A stretch of 64,000 bases of DNA from Candidatus Sericytochromatia bacterium (GCA_018780035.1 JADMKE010000003.1:18753-82752); one strand, 5' to 3'. Positions 26,284 through 36,314 are shown, counted from the first letter of the stretch. Notes: generated from the sequence alone by a model not told the origin. Translations and numbers: made by a program.

Positions 26284-28893
26284 GTGAAAGTATTTGCGCG
26301 TAAATTCCGGGTCAATAAGACATCGCTGTTTTCGATGGTTTTGTTGATTTCCACAGTTGGATGTCAGCCAACATCTACTTCTGGACCTAATGTCCCCACC
26401 GCTCCGACTTCGAGCCCTGTCCATTCTGCGGCTCCGGCTGCGACACCCACTCCAGGCGCCTCTGCGACACCCGTTCCGACGAGTTCGGGTCTTTCGGGGC
26501 AGAACGACACGACCCCTCCCACAGTGTCGTTTACCAGTCCTATCAATGCCGAACTGGGTATTGCCGTTAACCGCAAAATTGTCGCCACCTTTAGTGAGGT
26601 CATGGACCCAACTAGTTTGTCTGAATCCACCTTCACGGTAACAGCTCCCGGACCTGTTGCTGTTGCTGGTAAGGTGACGTATATCGGTAGCGTGGCCACC
26701 TTTACACCCACCAGCAACCTGGCTGTTAGCACCAGCTATACAGCGACGATCAGCACCAAAGCCAAGGACTTGGCTGGCAATGCCATCGCACTTAAAAAAA
26801 GCTGGGTTTTTACCACGGATGCTTCGAGTGATACCACAGCCCCAAGTGAAAGTTACTCAAACCCAGCCAATGGCGCAACCAATGTCGCTACCAGTGGCAA
26901 TCTAGGCTTGACCTTCAGTGAAGTGATGGACCCCGCAACGGTCAACACAGACACGTTTATCCTGAGAGAGCAACCCGGTTCAAAGCCCGTTGCTGGCACG
27001 GTGACATATATTGGCAATATTGTCAGCTTCAATCCCAAAGAATCGCTCAAGCCCAATACAAGTTATACGGCAACGATTACAACCGGAGCCAAAGATCTGG
27101 CAGGCAACCCCTTTGCCGCAGATAAAACCTGGACCTTTATCACAGGCTCGTCTGACGGTGCTGGCAGTGGCAGCACTGGCGGTGGCGGTGGCGGTGGCGG
27201 TGGTGGAGGTGGCGGCGGCGGCGGAGGTGGCGGTGGTACTGTCGTCACCCCAGACACCTCCCCTCCAACCCTGAGCGCAAGCAACCCTGTCAATGCAGTC
27301 CTGAATGTCTTCACCAATGGCAAGTTGGCAGTGACTTTCAGCGAGGTGATGGATGCCTCAAGTATAAATTCAACCACTTTTTCTCTGGTCGGCCCCGGTC
27401 AGACCCCTGTCCCAGGGACGGTAACTTATGCGGGCACGACGGCGACCTTTACCCCCAACGCGAATCTCGCCGCCAATACCCAGTTTACGGCCACGATCAC
27501 CAATGGGGTCAAAGACCTGGCAGGCAATGCCCTGGCAGCCAATCAGACTTGGACCTTTACCACCGGGTCCGCCACCGATACAACCGCCCCAACAGTCAAC
27601 CTGAGTACACCAGCCAACGCGGCCATAGGCGTGGCTGTCAACGCAGCTGTTTCAAGCACCTTTAGCGAAGCGATGAATGCCTTGACCATCAGCACCAACA
27701 GCTTTCAGCTGACGGGGCCTGGTGCAACGCCCGTTTCTGGCGCTGTCACCTACGTTGGCAATATTGCGACCTTTACACCCACCAGCAACCTGGCTGCCAA
27801 TACCCTGTATACAGCCACTGTGAACATGGGCGTCTTGGACCTCGCTGGCAATCCGTTGGCGGCTAACAAAGTCTGGACGTTCACCACCGGTGCTGCTCCT
27901 GATACCACGGCGCCTTTGGTGAATGCAAGCAACCCTGCGAACCTGGGCGCCAGTGTCTTGACCACAAGTCTGAACACAGCCACCTTCAATGAGCCGATGA
28001 ATCCGCTCACGCTGACCACCGCCACGTTTACCCTGACTGGGCCTGGTCAGGTACCCGTTCCGGGCACTGTCAGCTATATCGGCAATGTGGCCACCTTTAC
28101 CCCCACAACCGAGCTTGCACGCAAGACCCTCTATACGGCGACCATTACCACGGGCGCTCAGGATCTCGCAGGCAATCCGCTGGTGGCCAACAAGGTCTGG
28201 ACATTTACCACCGCTTTGGGGCCTGCTGCTGTCAACCTCAGAACCGCCGCTGATTTTGCCGTCTTATCCAAATCCGGCATTTCGTCGGTTCCGGGTTCGG
28301 TGATCACCGGGGATATTGGGGTGAGCCCAATCGGGCTGACCGCCATTACCGGTTTCTCAGAGGTGATGGATGCTTCGACCACCTTTGCGACCTCGACTCA
28401 GGTCACTGGTCGGATTTATGCGGCCAATCTGACCGCGCCCACACCCACAAAAATGACGACGGCAATTGGGGATTTGGCCACTGCATACACAGATGCGGCC
28501 GGACGGGCCATTCCTGACTTCTCTGAGTTGGGCACAGGTCAAATCGGGGGGCAGACATTGGTGCCAGGTCTCTACAAATGGGGAACCAATGTTTTGGTCT
28601 CGACCGATGTCACCTTAAACGGGGGCCCCAACGATATCTGGATCTTTCAGATTTCGGGTGGTGTGATCCAGGCTTCTGATAAACGGGTGATCCTGTCCGG
28701 TGGGGCCCAGGCCAAAAATGTCTTCTGGCAGATTGCTGGCGATGTGAGCATCGGTGCTCGCGCCCATTTTGAGGGAATCATCATGTGTGAAACCGAGATC
28801 AATCTGGGTTCAGACGCCTCGATCAACGGCCGCCTTTTGGCCAATACGGCGATTAACCTGATCAAAAACACCGTGACGCAACCGGCTCTCTAA
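26284..28893 (+). CDS. Surface lipoprotein with about 5 tandem Ig-like (SbsA/BIG-type) repeats, a Gly27 linker and a C-terminal DUF3494 ice-binding-protein-like domain
   Basis: Lipobox LLISTVGC. Repeated roughly 95 aa units (TxTYxGNxATFTPxxNLAANTxYTATIxxGAKDLAGNxLAANKxWTFTT). Run of 27 Gly. The C-terminal domain starts AADFAVLSKSGISSVPGSVITGDIGVSPIGLTAITGF and ends with a beta-helix-like G/N-rich region. Confidence 0.8.
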   Translation: MKVFARKFRVNKTSLFSMVLLISTVGCQPTSTSGPNVPTAPTSSPVHSAAPAATPTPGASATPVPTSSGLSGQNDTTPPTVSFTSPINAELGIAVNRKIVATFSEVMDPTSLSESTFTVTAPGPVAVAGKVTYIGSVATFTPTSNLAVSTSYTATISTKAKDLAGNAIALKKSWVFTTDASSDTTAPSESYSNPANGATNVATSGNLGLTFSEVMDPATVNTDTFILREQPGSKPVAGTVTYIGNIVSFNPKESLKPNTSYTATITTGAKDLAGNPFAADKTWTFITGSSDGAGSGSTGGGGGGGGGGGGGGGGGGGGTVVTPDTSPPTLSASNPVNAVLNVFTNGKLAVTFSEVMDASSINSTTFSLVGPGQTPVPGTVTYAGTTATFTPNANLAANTQFTATITNGVKDLAGNALAANQTWTFTTGSATDTTAPTVNLSTPANAAIGVAVNAAVSSTFSEAMNALTISTNSFQLTGPGATPVSGAVTYVGNIATFTPTSNLAANTLYTATVNMGVLDLAGNPLAANKVWTFTTGAAPDTTAPLVNASNPANLGASVLTTSLNTATFNEPMNPLTLTTATFTLTGPGQVPVPGTVSYIGNVATFTPTTELARKTLYTATITTGAQDLAGNPLVANKVWTFTTALGPAAVNLRTAADFAVLSKSGISSVPGSVITGDIGVSPIGLTAITGFSEVMDASTTFATSTQVTGRIYAANLTAPTPTKMTTAIGDLATAYTDAAGRAIPDFSELGTGQIGGQTLVPGLYKWGTNVLVSTDVTLNGGPNDIWIFQISGGVIQASDKRVILSGGAQAKNVFWQIAGDVSIGARAHFEGIIMCETEINLGSDASINGRLLANTAINLIKNTVTQPAL
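27160..27237 (+). repeat. (GGN)n microsatellite encoding the poly-Gly linker
   Basis: ggtgctggcagtggcagcactggc(ggtggc...)n, about 26 consecutive GGN codons. Confidence 0.9.
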
Positions 28894-28920
28894 ACATCCG
28901 GCGGCGAAACAAGCTTGACT

Positions 28921-28953
28921 GAATGCCCCGACTGTCTGACAGCCGGGGCATTC
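28921..28953 (+). terminator. Stem-loop downstream of the lipoprotein gene (putative intrinsic terminator)
   Basis: gaatgccccgactgtc-tga-cagccggggcattc is a 14 bp stem with one mismatch, followed by a T-rich ttcttgtt tract and a duplicated cattcttgttggg. Confidence 0.4.
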
Positions 28954-29074
28954 TTGTTGGGCATTCTTGTTGGGCTGGGTGTCTAAATGGAGTTTGACCT
29001 TTTGTCGTCTCTTGCACCGGAAAGTCAGGTGTAAAATAGAGGACAGATTCTAAAAAAAGAACTTTCAAAAAAAC

Positions 29075-29713
29075 ATGATTACGATTCAGGCTTTTGAGCA
29101 TACCCAGCAAACCCACTTGGAACGCTACGACCAGATCCCGATGGTTGTAGACGTGCGCAGTGAATACAAACTGGAAAAAATCCAGGCGGGTTTGGGAGGG
29201 ATTCGTCTGGTAGAAACCCCTGTAGAACCTTACCTCAAGGATTTGGGGCAATATTCCCGCATGACCGAATTGGCTCAGCAATTTGATCTGAGCCAGTGGG
29301 GCTTTTGGTTGGCCAGCGACGCCCACACGCCTGTTGGTGGAGCTGCTGTGCTGTGTAAATCTCCCCAAATCCAGATGCTGGCTGGGCGAGAAGATTTGGG
29401 CGTGTTGTGGGATATTCGGGTGGCCGATAGCCACCAGGGCCAGGGTGTGGGGCAATTGCTGTTTGAACAGGTCAAAATCTGGTGCCAAGCCAGAGGGCTG
29501 AAACAGTTAAAAATTGAGTGTCAAAACAACAATCTTGCTGCTTGCAGGTTTTATCACAAACAGGGGGCTGTTTTGGGGGAGATCAACAGCTATGCGTATT
29601 ATCTGGATCCAGATTGTGCGCATGAAACCCAGCTGATCTGGTATTTGGATTTAACCAATGGGCTTGAAATTGCCCCTCAGGGTCATAGCGCTGGGCCTGG
29701 CCTTCGGGATTAA
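29075..29713 (+). CDS. GNAT family N-acetyltransferase
   Basis: Acetyl-CoA motif A (QGQGVGQLLFEQVKIWCQARG) and C-terminal ACRFYHKQGA. The 3' end overlaps the convergent photolyase gene by 131 bp. Confidence 0.75.
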   Translation: MITIQAFEHTQQTHLERYDQIPMVVDVRSEYKLEKIQAGLGGIRLVETPVEPYLKDLGQYSRMTELAQQFDLSQWGFWLASDAHTPVGGAAVLCKSPQIQMLAGREDLGVLWDIRVADSHQGQGVGQLLFEQVKIWCQARGLKQLKIECQNNNLAACRFYHKQGAVLGEINSYAYYLDPDCAHETQLIWYLDLTNGLEIAPQGHSAGPGLRD

Positions 29714-30938
29714 AGCGGCGCATGGGGCGGGGATCATTGCCCACCCCTGCCAAATACATCCAATTGCCCCAATTGCTACAGGGATCGTAGTCAATCAAGC
29801 AATGTTCAAACCAAGCCGCTCCCCAGGTCCAGGGCAAATTTAAATCATGAATGAGATAACTGGCCACATTCTGGCGTCCCCGATTGGACATCCAGCCCGA
29901 GAGCGCCAATTCGCGCAAATTCGCGTCGATAAAGCTCTGGCCGGTTTGCCCCCGACACCAAGCCGCAAAAAGCGTTTGGTCGACTTTTGCGGGCGGTACT
30001 TTGCCCCGCAGCCCCCCCGACAGAAAAATCTGTTTGCCTGCTTGGAGTGCCACCAGCCGAAAATATTCCCGCCAGAGCAGTTCAAAGATCATCCAATAGG
30101 TGGAATCATTGGCCCCGCACTGGTTTTCATATTTGCGTACCTGCCTGTAAATCTGCCTGGCAGAGAGGGCCCCATTGGCCAACCAAGGCGAAAATTTGGA
30201 GGAATAAGCCTCTCCAAGCAGGCCATTGCGGGTCTCTTTGTATGTGCGGATCAGACCGCGTTGCCAGATGTAATCATCTAAACGCGCCAAGGCAGCACGT
30301 TCTCCACCCCCAAAGCGCAGTACGGCACGTGGGTCATCTTGGGGCGGATCCTGAAACAGATCTTGCATGCTGGGGAGGGCCGGACAGTCGGGGCTCAATT
30401 CTGGCAATTGAGGCAGGTGTTGGGGGGGCGGCAGTGGGGGTGGAACTTGTAGATCGGGTTCGATCAGTTTGCGAAAAGCCGTGAAGTTCTTCGGCAAGTC
30501 TTTGAGGTCAAAAGGCAGATTTTCGAGGGGCAATAAACCTTCGCTGGGATGAAGCAAAAAAGGCAACCCCCCTTCTGCCAGCGTTCTTTGAAGGGCATCT
30601 GCTTCGGCTTTTTCTTCGGGCAAGAATGCTCCCAAGCCGTAGACTGCGTCGGCTTGAATCTGCCTGGCCAAGGCAGGAATGATCTGTTGGGGATGGCCCA
30701 GATACACATACAGATCGCTGCCCAATTGCCTCAACTGGGTCTGTAACGCTTTTAGACTTTCCAGCAAAAAACGCGTTCGCCATGGCCCTGTTTTGGCAAA
30801 GCCCAAAGTGAGTCTGCGAAACAGATCTGGGTTAAGGCAATAGACTGGCAGGAGAGTATCGGCACTTTCACAGAGTTGACTGAGCAGGGCCTGATCATGC
30901 AGACGCAGATCTTGACGGAACCAATAAATAACATTCAT
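29583..30938 (-). CDS. Cryptochrome-DASH / DNA photolyase family protein
   Basis: MNVIYWFRQDLRLHDQ N-terminus, FAD-binding C-terminal domain (W..GQTG....DANLREL..SGWMSNRGRQNVASYL). Confidence 0.85.
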   Translation of the reverse strand: MNVIYWFRQDLRLHDQALLSQLCESADTLLPVYCLNPDLFRRLTLGFAKTGPWRTRFLLESLKALQTQLRQLGSDLYVYLGHPQQIIPALARQIQADAVYGLGAFLPEEKAEADALQRTLAEGGLPFLLHPSEGLLPLENLPFDLKDLPKNFTAFRKLIEPDLQVPPPLPPPQHLPQLPELSPDCPALPSMQDLFQDPPQDDPRAVLRFGGGERAALARLDDYIWQRGLIRTYKETRNGLLGEAYSSKFSPWLANGALSARQIYRQVRKYENQCGANDSTYWMIFELLWREYFRLVALQAGKQIFLSGGLRGKVPPAKVDQTLFAAWCRGQTGQSFIDANLRELALSGWMSNRGRQNVASYLIHDLNLPWTWGAAWFEHCLIDYDPCSNWGNWMYLAGVGNDPRPMRRFNPEGQAQRYDPEGQFQAHWLNPNTRSAGFHAHNLDPDNTHSC

Positions 30939-31009
30939 GTTCTTCAGAAAAACATGTGACAGAGGCTGCTTGCAATTTTGGGCGGGCTTACGGCGGGCTC
31001 ACCGTGTGT

Positions 31010-33118
31010 TCAGGTCATAAACTCCCAGCCGCTGCGCCAGGCGTCGAGTCCTTCACAATACTCCTGAAAGGCGTGGTAAAAGCGGTGATTGGCCAAGGTG
31101 GCGCTGTCGCCAATCACCACCAGTTTTTTGCGTGCGCGGGTCAGGGCCACATTCATGCGCCGGGTGTCTTTGAGAAAGCCCAATTCACCTTCGCCATTGG
31201 AGCGCACCAGCGAGATATACATAATATCCCGCTCTTGGCCTTGAAAGCCATCGACGGTATCCACGCTGAAACTGCCCAGCTTTAACACGAGTGGGTCTGT
31301 CCGCAAAAGATCTTTAAGCAGATTGACCTGCTGGCGATAGGGCGAAATGATCCCCAGGCTCAAGGTGCTGAGATCCAGACCTGCAGACTGGAGGCCCACC
31401 AGCAATTGTGTCAGGTGGATTTGTAAGAGGCCTGCTTCGCCCGGATTGCCTGTGCTTTTGCTTTCGGGGTTGAGTTCTTCTTCATGGCCACAGCCTGCGG
31501 TGTCGATAAACTCCAGGGGCCGGTTCAGCCAGGGATCGTCGCTCCCGAGATTATGACTGGGATCATGACTGAGCACCTCACGGTCCAAGAGTCTGTGTTC
31601 GGCCACCGAAGCATGTGCCAAGAGCCGATCTTGGTAAAATTCATGGCTGGAAAAGCCCATGATTTGCTGATTCATGCGGTACTGGGTATCCAGCAATGTT
31701 GCGGCTTCGGGCTGGGCCTCTGCACAAATTTCAAACAGGGTTTTGTTCAGGCCTCCAGCCAAGGCCTGGGGAGATTTGACCGTGGGGGGCAATTGGCAAT
31801 GATCTCCCGCCAGAATCACCCGTTTGGCTTTGAGAATCGGGATCAAGGTGCCGCCCAACAATGCCTGGGCCGCTTCGTCGATAAAGACCGTTTCAAATTT
31901 GCGCTTGTGCATGATCTCCTGCGAGGCCCCCACCAAGGTGCAGAGAATGACCCTGGCGCGGTCGAGAATATGTTCCAGCATCTGGTTTTCCATCTCACGG
32001 GCCATCGCCAACATGCGTTTGACCTCTGCCATTTCTTCGCGGCGTTGGGCCCGTTCTGCGGGCCCAAAATTGCGTTTAAACCGCAGGGCCTTGCTGCGCG
32101 TGTCGCGGGCCTCGCGGCGCAAATTCTGGAGCACCTGAAAATTGGGATGTTGGCTCAATTGTTCGTCGAGGGTATAAGGCAAGATTTTTTCGGACATGCG
32201 TGCAGGATGACCCAACCGCACCACGGGCAGACCCGATTCGGCCAATTTTTCGCAAAGCAAATCTGTGGCGGCATTGCTCGGGGCCGAAACCAAGACCTGA
32301 TTTTCGTGTTGCAAGACAGCCTGAATGGCCGCAACCAGCGTGGTGGTTTTGCCTGTGCCGGGTGGGCCGTGTATCATGGCCAATTCCTGGGCCTGTAAGA
32401 CCTGTGAGACCGCCCGGTTCTGGGAATCGTTTAAATGGGGCAAGGGCTGAAAGGGAAAGGCCAAGAATTTAACGGGCGCTTCGCCAAAGAGTTTTTCTCG
32501 CAAACTCAGCAGAGGGCCTTGTTGAAGGCCTTTAAAAATCTCCACGGCCCGGCGCATCTCGCGGTAGGTGGTCTCGTCATAACAGAGATCGAGACCCAGT
32601 TTGCCCTCGTCGAGCCAATCGGGCAATTCGTCGCGTTGCATCACCAATTTGAGGCTGTTGCGGCTCACATGTGTGGCCACGCCGGTTAAAGGCGCCTCTT
32701 GCGGGAAGGCCATGCTGAAGATCGCCAAAATCTGGCCATTTTGAAAGAGGTGGTGTTGATCCAGTTCACTTGTGCGCTCCAACTCCAGAATCAGCTTCTG
32801 GCCCAGACCCAAATCTGTCTGTTTGAGTACCACCGGATACCAGCAAATTCCTTGGGCCTTGCGGGTTTTTAAGGGGGTTTCCAAGACCTGGGTGCGGTAG
32901 AGTTCTTCTTCCGCTTTTTCTTCGAGCTTGAGCAATTGCAACCACTGTTCCAGCTGAGCTGAACTGTTCACACCTTGTATCTCCCTGTTCTGATTGTTGC
33001 CCAGTATACCAGAGGCGAAGCGAAGAGAAATTCCAATGTCGGATCTGACTTGTTGAATCGGGCGATTGCGTCTATGCTTAGGGAAGAATAAGAGCGAAAA
33101 TTCAAGAATCAATCCCAC
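31010..33118 (-). CDS. Superfamily 1B helicase, Upf1/Smubp2/Dna2-like (AAA_11/AAA_12)
   Basis: Walker A GPPGTGKT, DEAAQ box, C-terminal VDGFQGQERD and VALTRARKKLVVIGD. Confidence 0.8.
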   Translation of the reverse strand: MGLILEFSLLFFPKHRRNRPIQQVRSDIGISLRFASGILGNNQNREIQGVNSSAQLEQWLQLLKLEEKAEEELYRTQVLETPLKTRKAQGICWYPVVLKQTDLGLGQKLILELERTSELDQHHLFQNGQILAIFSMAFPQEAPLTGVATHVSRNSLKLVMQRDELPDWLDEGKLGLDLCYDETTYREMRRAVEIFKGLQQGPLLSLREKLFGEAPVKFLAFPFQPLPHLNDSQNRAVSQVLQAQELAMIHGPPGTGKTTTLVAAIQAVLQHENQVLVSAPSNAATDLLCEKLAESGLPVVRLGHPARMSEKILPYTLDEQLSQHPNFQVLQNLRREARDTRSKALRFKRNFGPAERAQRREEMAEVKRMLAMAREMENQMLEHILDRARVILCTLVGASQEIMHKRKFETVFIDEAAQALLGGTLIPILKAKRVILAGDHCQLPPTVKSPQALAGGLNKTLFEICAEAQPEAATLLDTQYRMNQQIMGFSSHEFYQDRLLAHASVAEHRLLDREVLSHDPSHNLGSDDPWLNRPLEFIDTAGCGHEEELNPESKSTGNPGEAGLLQIHLTQLLVGLQSAGLDLSTLSLGIISPYRQQVNLLKDLLRTDPLVLKLGSFSVDTVDGFQGQERDIMYISLVRSNGEGELGFLKDTRRMNVALTRARKKLVVIGDSATLANHRFYHAFQEYCEGLDAWRSGWEFMT

Positions 33119-33144
33119 TTAAATTCAAAGCAGGTATTGCTATT

Positions 33145-34794
33145 ATGGGTTCCATTGGTGGTTTAGGTTCTTCACCTATCATGCCGATTTCTCAAGTGTC
33201 GACCGCTCCCGATTCTGCCAACAAAGTTGCCCCCGTTCAGACGGTCACTGCGACCCAATCCCCGTCCACTTCTTCTGTCACCCAGGCGCCCGAAAGCCAA
33301 GAAACAGCCCAATTGGTCAGAGCTGCCAAAATAGGATCCGAGTCTGGCCCAACGGTTGAGGCAACCACTCAGCTTGGCACCGATCTTGAAAGCCAACCGA
33401 TCACGGAGCCCAAGGGATTCCCGCTGACGCGCATGGATGGCTCTACTGCCAGCCCTGCACCGCTCACATCGGGCTATACCGCTTACGTGGTTCTTTCTGA
33501 ACAACCACAGGCAACGACAACCCGTCAATCTCAAACTGCGCCAAGCTATGAAGCTGTAACAAAAACCCCGGAATCCAGTTATGCAAGCAGTTTGACACCC
33601 TCAGCACCCAGTTCACAACCGACCTCACCCACCCACCATACGGGGTACGCATCCAGCTTGACGCAAACTTCCCCAAGCTCTGTTCAGGCTTCGCAGATTT
33701 CGCATTCTCCTTCGTCTGTCACCCCAACCCATTCCTCCCCGTCAGACAGTCTGGCTCCTATCTCTCTGCCCAAAACCTACCACGGTGAAGATACCCGTGT
33801 GGCCTGGCGAGCGACCTTTGGCGCAGAAGACCTGAAAACCTCGGATCCAGAAGAATACAAGCGAAGGGAGGATTTTGGAAAAAACAGTGCTCAAATTGTG
33901 ACCGAGTACTTTAGCAAAGACCAGATCACTGAACATACCTTGACTCCCAAAGATGGCAAATTGGTTACCCATGACGGCCAGACGGCCTCCTCTGTCTCTA
34001 ACCATTCTATTTATGCCATGAGCCCAGATGGCAAGATCGTTTCGCAACAGAGTAAACCCTTTCAGACCGTTATTAAAGATGCCGATGGCAACGAGATCCA
34101 AAAAAGGAATGTCCATCACTCCTCTATGCTGGCCGGCGGTGATGTGGCCCATGCTGGGCATATCGGAACGGATACCCAAGGCAAAGTCAATTATCTCGAT
34201 GACGACAGTGGCCATTATCGCCCAGACGAAAAACACACCCACAACGCTTTCCAGCGCATGGCCAAAGACAAGATTGTCGATACCAACTCCACCAGTGGAC
34301 GCGTCAAACTGGTCGATAAGCAAACCCGCAAAGGTCTAGAGGAAAGAGACAAAGATGGCAAGATCATCGACAAGACGATCTCCGTGCATTTCTCGGGTTA
34401 TCAACAGTCCCAGGGAAATGAAAAAGGCATTCGTGCCAAAGCGGATGTCATGAAAGAACTGCTCGCCAAAAAATCTGAAAGCGAAAAAAAACCATCGGTC
34501 CCTCTCACCGTCGTTTCAGTGGAGGGCTATGAGTCTTATTCACAAAGCGATGCAAAACCCCTTCAGACCTCCGTTCCCCAGGAACAAGTCTCATCATCTC
34601 TGTCAGATCAGCACAGCAGTTCATCTGTCAGTGCGACACAGCCCTCGGCGCCAGTCACCTTTGTTTCCATGGAGGGCTATGAGTCTTATTCGCGCAGTGA
34701 TGCAAAACCCCTTCAGACACCGCAGAACCCAGAACCCTCATCATCGGCTCCGCCAGAACAGCCCAGCAATCCGGTTCCTGAGCTTAAACCCTGA
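33145..34794 (+). CDS. Hypothetical S/T/P/Q-rich low-complexity protein with a central globular region and two C-terminal repeats of about 55 aa
   Basis: 549 aa. Repeats ...VSVEGYESYSQSDAKPLQT... and ...VSMEGYESYSRSDAKPLQT.... No signal peptide seen. Confidence 0.5.
   Translation: MGSIGGLGSSPIMPISQVSTAPDSANKVAPVQTVTATQSPSTSSVTQAPESQETAQLVRAAKIGSESGPTVEATTQLGTDLESQPITEPKGFPLTRMDGSTASPAPLTSGYTAYVVLSEQPQATTTRQSQTAPSYEAVTKTPESSYASSLTPSAPSSQPTSPTHHTGYASSLTQTSPSSVQASQISHSPSSVTPTHSSPSDSLAPISLPKTYHGEDTRVAWRATFGAEDLKTSDPEEYKRREDFGKNSAQIVTEYFSKDQITEHTLTPKDGKLVTHDGQTASSVSNHSIYAMSPDGKIVSQQSKPFQTVIKDADGNEIQKRNVHHSSMLAGGDVAHAGHIGTDTQGKVNYLDDDSGHYRPDEKHTHNAFQRMAKDKIVDTNSTSGRVKLVDKQTRKGLEERDKDGKIIDKTISVHFSGYQQSQGNEKGIRAKADVMKELLAKKSESEKKPSVPLTVVSVEGYESYSQSDAKPLQTSVPQEQVSSSLSDQHSSSSVSATQPSAPVTFVSMEGYESYSRSDAKPLQTPQNPEPSSSAPPEQPSNPVPELKP
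34504..34720 (+). repeat. Direct repeat (about 50 bp, 2 copies about 150 bp apart) inside the 33145-34794 CDS
   Basis: ggagggctatgagtcttattc(a/g)c(a/g)(a/c)agcgatgcaaaaccccttcagac occurs at about 34521 and about 34671. Confidence 0.8.
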
Positions 34795-34926
34795 TTTTCT
34801 CCTTCGAAAAGTAGATATCAACCCACCACTGCGTGAAGGCCTGCTGCTGGCTTTCACGGTTTTTTCTCACTCCCAAGAGTGGGAACAAAAAATTGCCAAT
34901 CCAGCGCAATTGAAGGAGAAAAAAGG

Positions 34927-35913
34927 ATGGATCTCAGCCAACTCTCACGCATCCAGAGCAAAAAAGCGAAACTGGTCCAAGAGCGCAGCCAAAACGCAAG
35001 TGCGGCCTGCGATTTGGGCTTTCAATGCCTGGCAAATGCCTTTCAGCCAGAAAACAGGGTTCAATCGCGTCAACTGCTGATCCAAGCCTATGATGCCTTT
35101 CAACAGGCCCTCGAACAGCAGCGCACCAACCCCGAACCCTATGTCGGCCTCAGTTATCTGTTGACGTCGATGGAACAATACGACAATGCCCTGGTTTATC
35201 TCGAAGAAGCCAATCGGCTCTGCCCCAGTTATCCCAATCTTCAGGCCATGTTCAGGTCAATCACAGAAGCTCAGCAGCACAAAGCCAAACTCCGCCGTCA
35301 GCAGTCTGGGGCCGCAAAAGTAGACAGGTCAAAACCACCTGTTCCCCCATTCAAGCCCAGCGAACCCCAACCGATCGATTACGATGCGCTTTACGATCAG
35401 ACCCTAAACCTGATAGTCCAGCGTGTGCATAAGATCATGGGTGAAAACCGCCTGCCACACCATCCGACCCTGAACAGCAAAGAATTGGAATTGCTCTCAA
35501 TTCAACGCAAAAACTGGCGCAAATGGCACAAAGAGGTTCAATCCAACCTCGACATCCTGGATCAGGAAATCGACGTTTCGCCGCTCCAATTACAGCTCAA
35601 ACCCTTTGAGCTGCTCCTCAAACGCTATAGCGATTTCATTGTTGCCTCCCAACTGCTCATCGAGCTCAAACTGCGTATTCGCGACGAATCAGTGCTGGTG
35701 CTGGCACAAATCCGCGAAGGCCAAGGTGTTGTCGATCCCAGCGATGTGGCCATCCTGCAAGAAAACCTCGAATCGATCCTCGATCAATGCGATAAAATGG
35801 CCGATCAATTGGATCAGATTGAAGCCCTGGGCTTTGACAACAGCGTGGTGCTGGCCGATTACGAAAAGTTAATCCGCTATGTTGAGGCCCTGCAGGAAGC
35901 GATCGACACCTAA
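34927..35913 (+). CDS. Hypothetical TPR-like / coiled-coil protein
   Basis: Start taken at MDLSQL, preceded by AAGGAG. 329 aa, helical and Q/E-rich. Confidence 0.5.
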   Translation: MDLSQLSRIQSKKAKLVQERSQNASAACDLGFQCLANAFQPENRVQSRQLLIQAYDAFQQALEQQRTNPEPYVGLSYLLTSMEQYDNALVYLEEANRLCPSYPNLQAMFRSITEAQQHKAKLRRQQSGAAKVDRSKPPVPPFKPSEPQPIDYDALYDQTLNLIVQRVHKIMGENRLPHHPTLNSKELELLSIQRKNWRKWHKEVQSNLDILDQEIDVSPLQLQLKPFELLLKRYSDFIVASQLLIELKLRIRDESVLVLAQIREGQGVVDPSDVAILQENLESILDQCDKMADQLDQIEALGFDNSVVLADYEKLIRYVEALQEAIDT

Positions 35914-36002
35914 ACCTCAACCCCTCCTTTGCCAAATGTGTCGAATGCACATCTCTCGCGCTTATGCCTGTGTTAGGCTTAAAGTAACCGCTATACCTAG
36001 GT

Positions 36003-36314
36003 TTGGTCAAAAAAATGAAAAAAAAACACATCATGGTTGCCGCCGCTTTTCTCTATCTGGTTGGCAATCTCGTCAATTTAATTACCCAAGAGTTTCGTCT
36101 GCAGAAATACCATGCCTTGCTTGAACAAGACCTGCAAGTTGCGCAAAAAGAACAAGAAAGTCTCAAAGGTGCGATCAAACGTTTTGAGACCAAACAAGGG
36201 GTCGAAGAATTGGCCCGCAAACGCCTGGGGTATTACCAAAACAACGAAGTGCCTGTGCGTGTGATTGAATCCAATCCTGCTCAGGTGAATGATCCGGCAT
36301 TAACCAGCCCTTGA
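36003..36314 (+). CDS. Septum formation initiator family protein (FtsB/DivIC-like)
   Basis: About 100 aa. N-terminal TM (IMVAAAFLYLVGNLVNLI), coiled coil, then ARKRLGYYQNNEV. Confidence 0.6.
   Translation: MVKKMKKKHIMVAAAFLYLVGNLVNLITQEFRLQKYHALLEQDLQVAQKEQESLKGAIKRFETKQGVEELARKRLGYYQNNEVPVRVIESNPAQVNDPALTSP

Noticed and set aside
28862-29488. 208 aa minus-strand ORF overlapping the GNAT gene
   Set aside because: The plus-strand frame carries a clear GNAT acetyl-CoA motif. The minus ORF is a shadow frame with no motif and no intergenic space of its own.
31484-32398. 304 aa plus-strand ORF antisense to the SF1B helicase
   Set aside because: The helicase motifs (GPPGTGKT, DEAAQ, QGQERD) are on the minus strand. 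The plus ORF has none.
34529-35080. 183 aa plus-strand alternative-frame ORF spanning the end of the S/T/P/Q-rich gene and the next gene start
   Set aside because: It crosses a gene boundary and reads the 50 bp direct repeat in a different frame. No Shine-Dalgarno. Most likely spurious.
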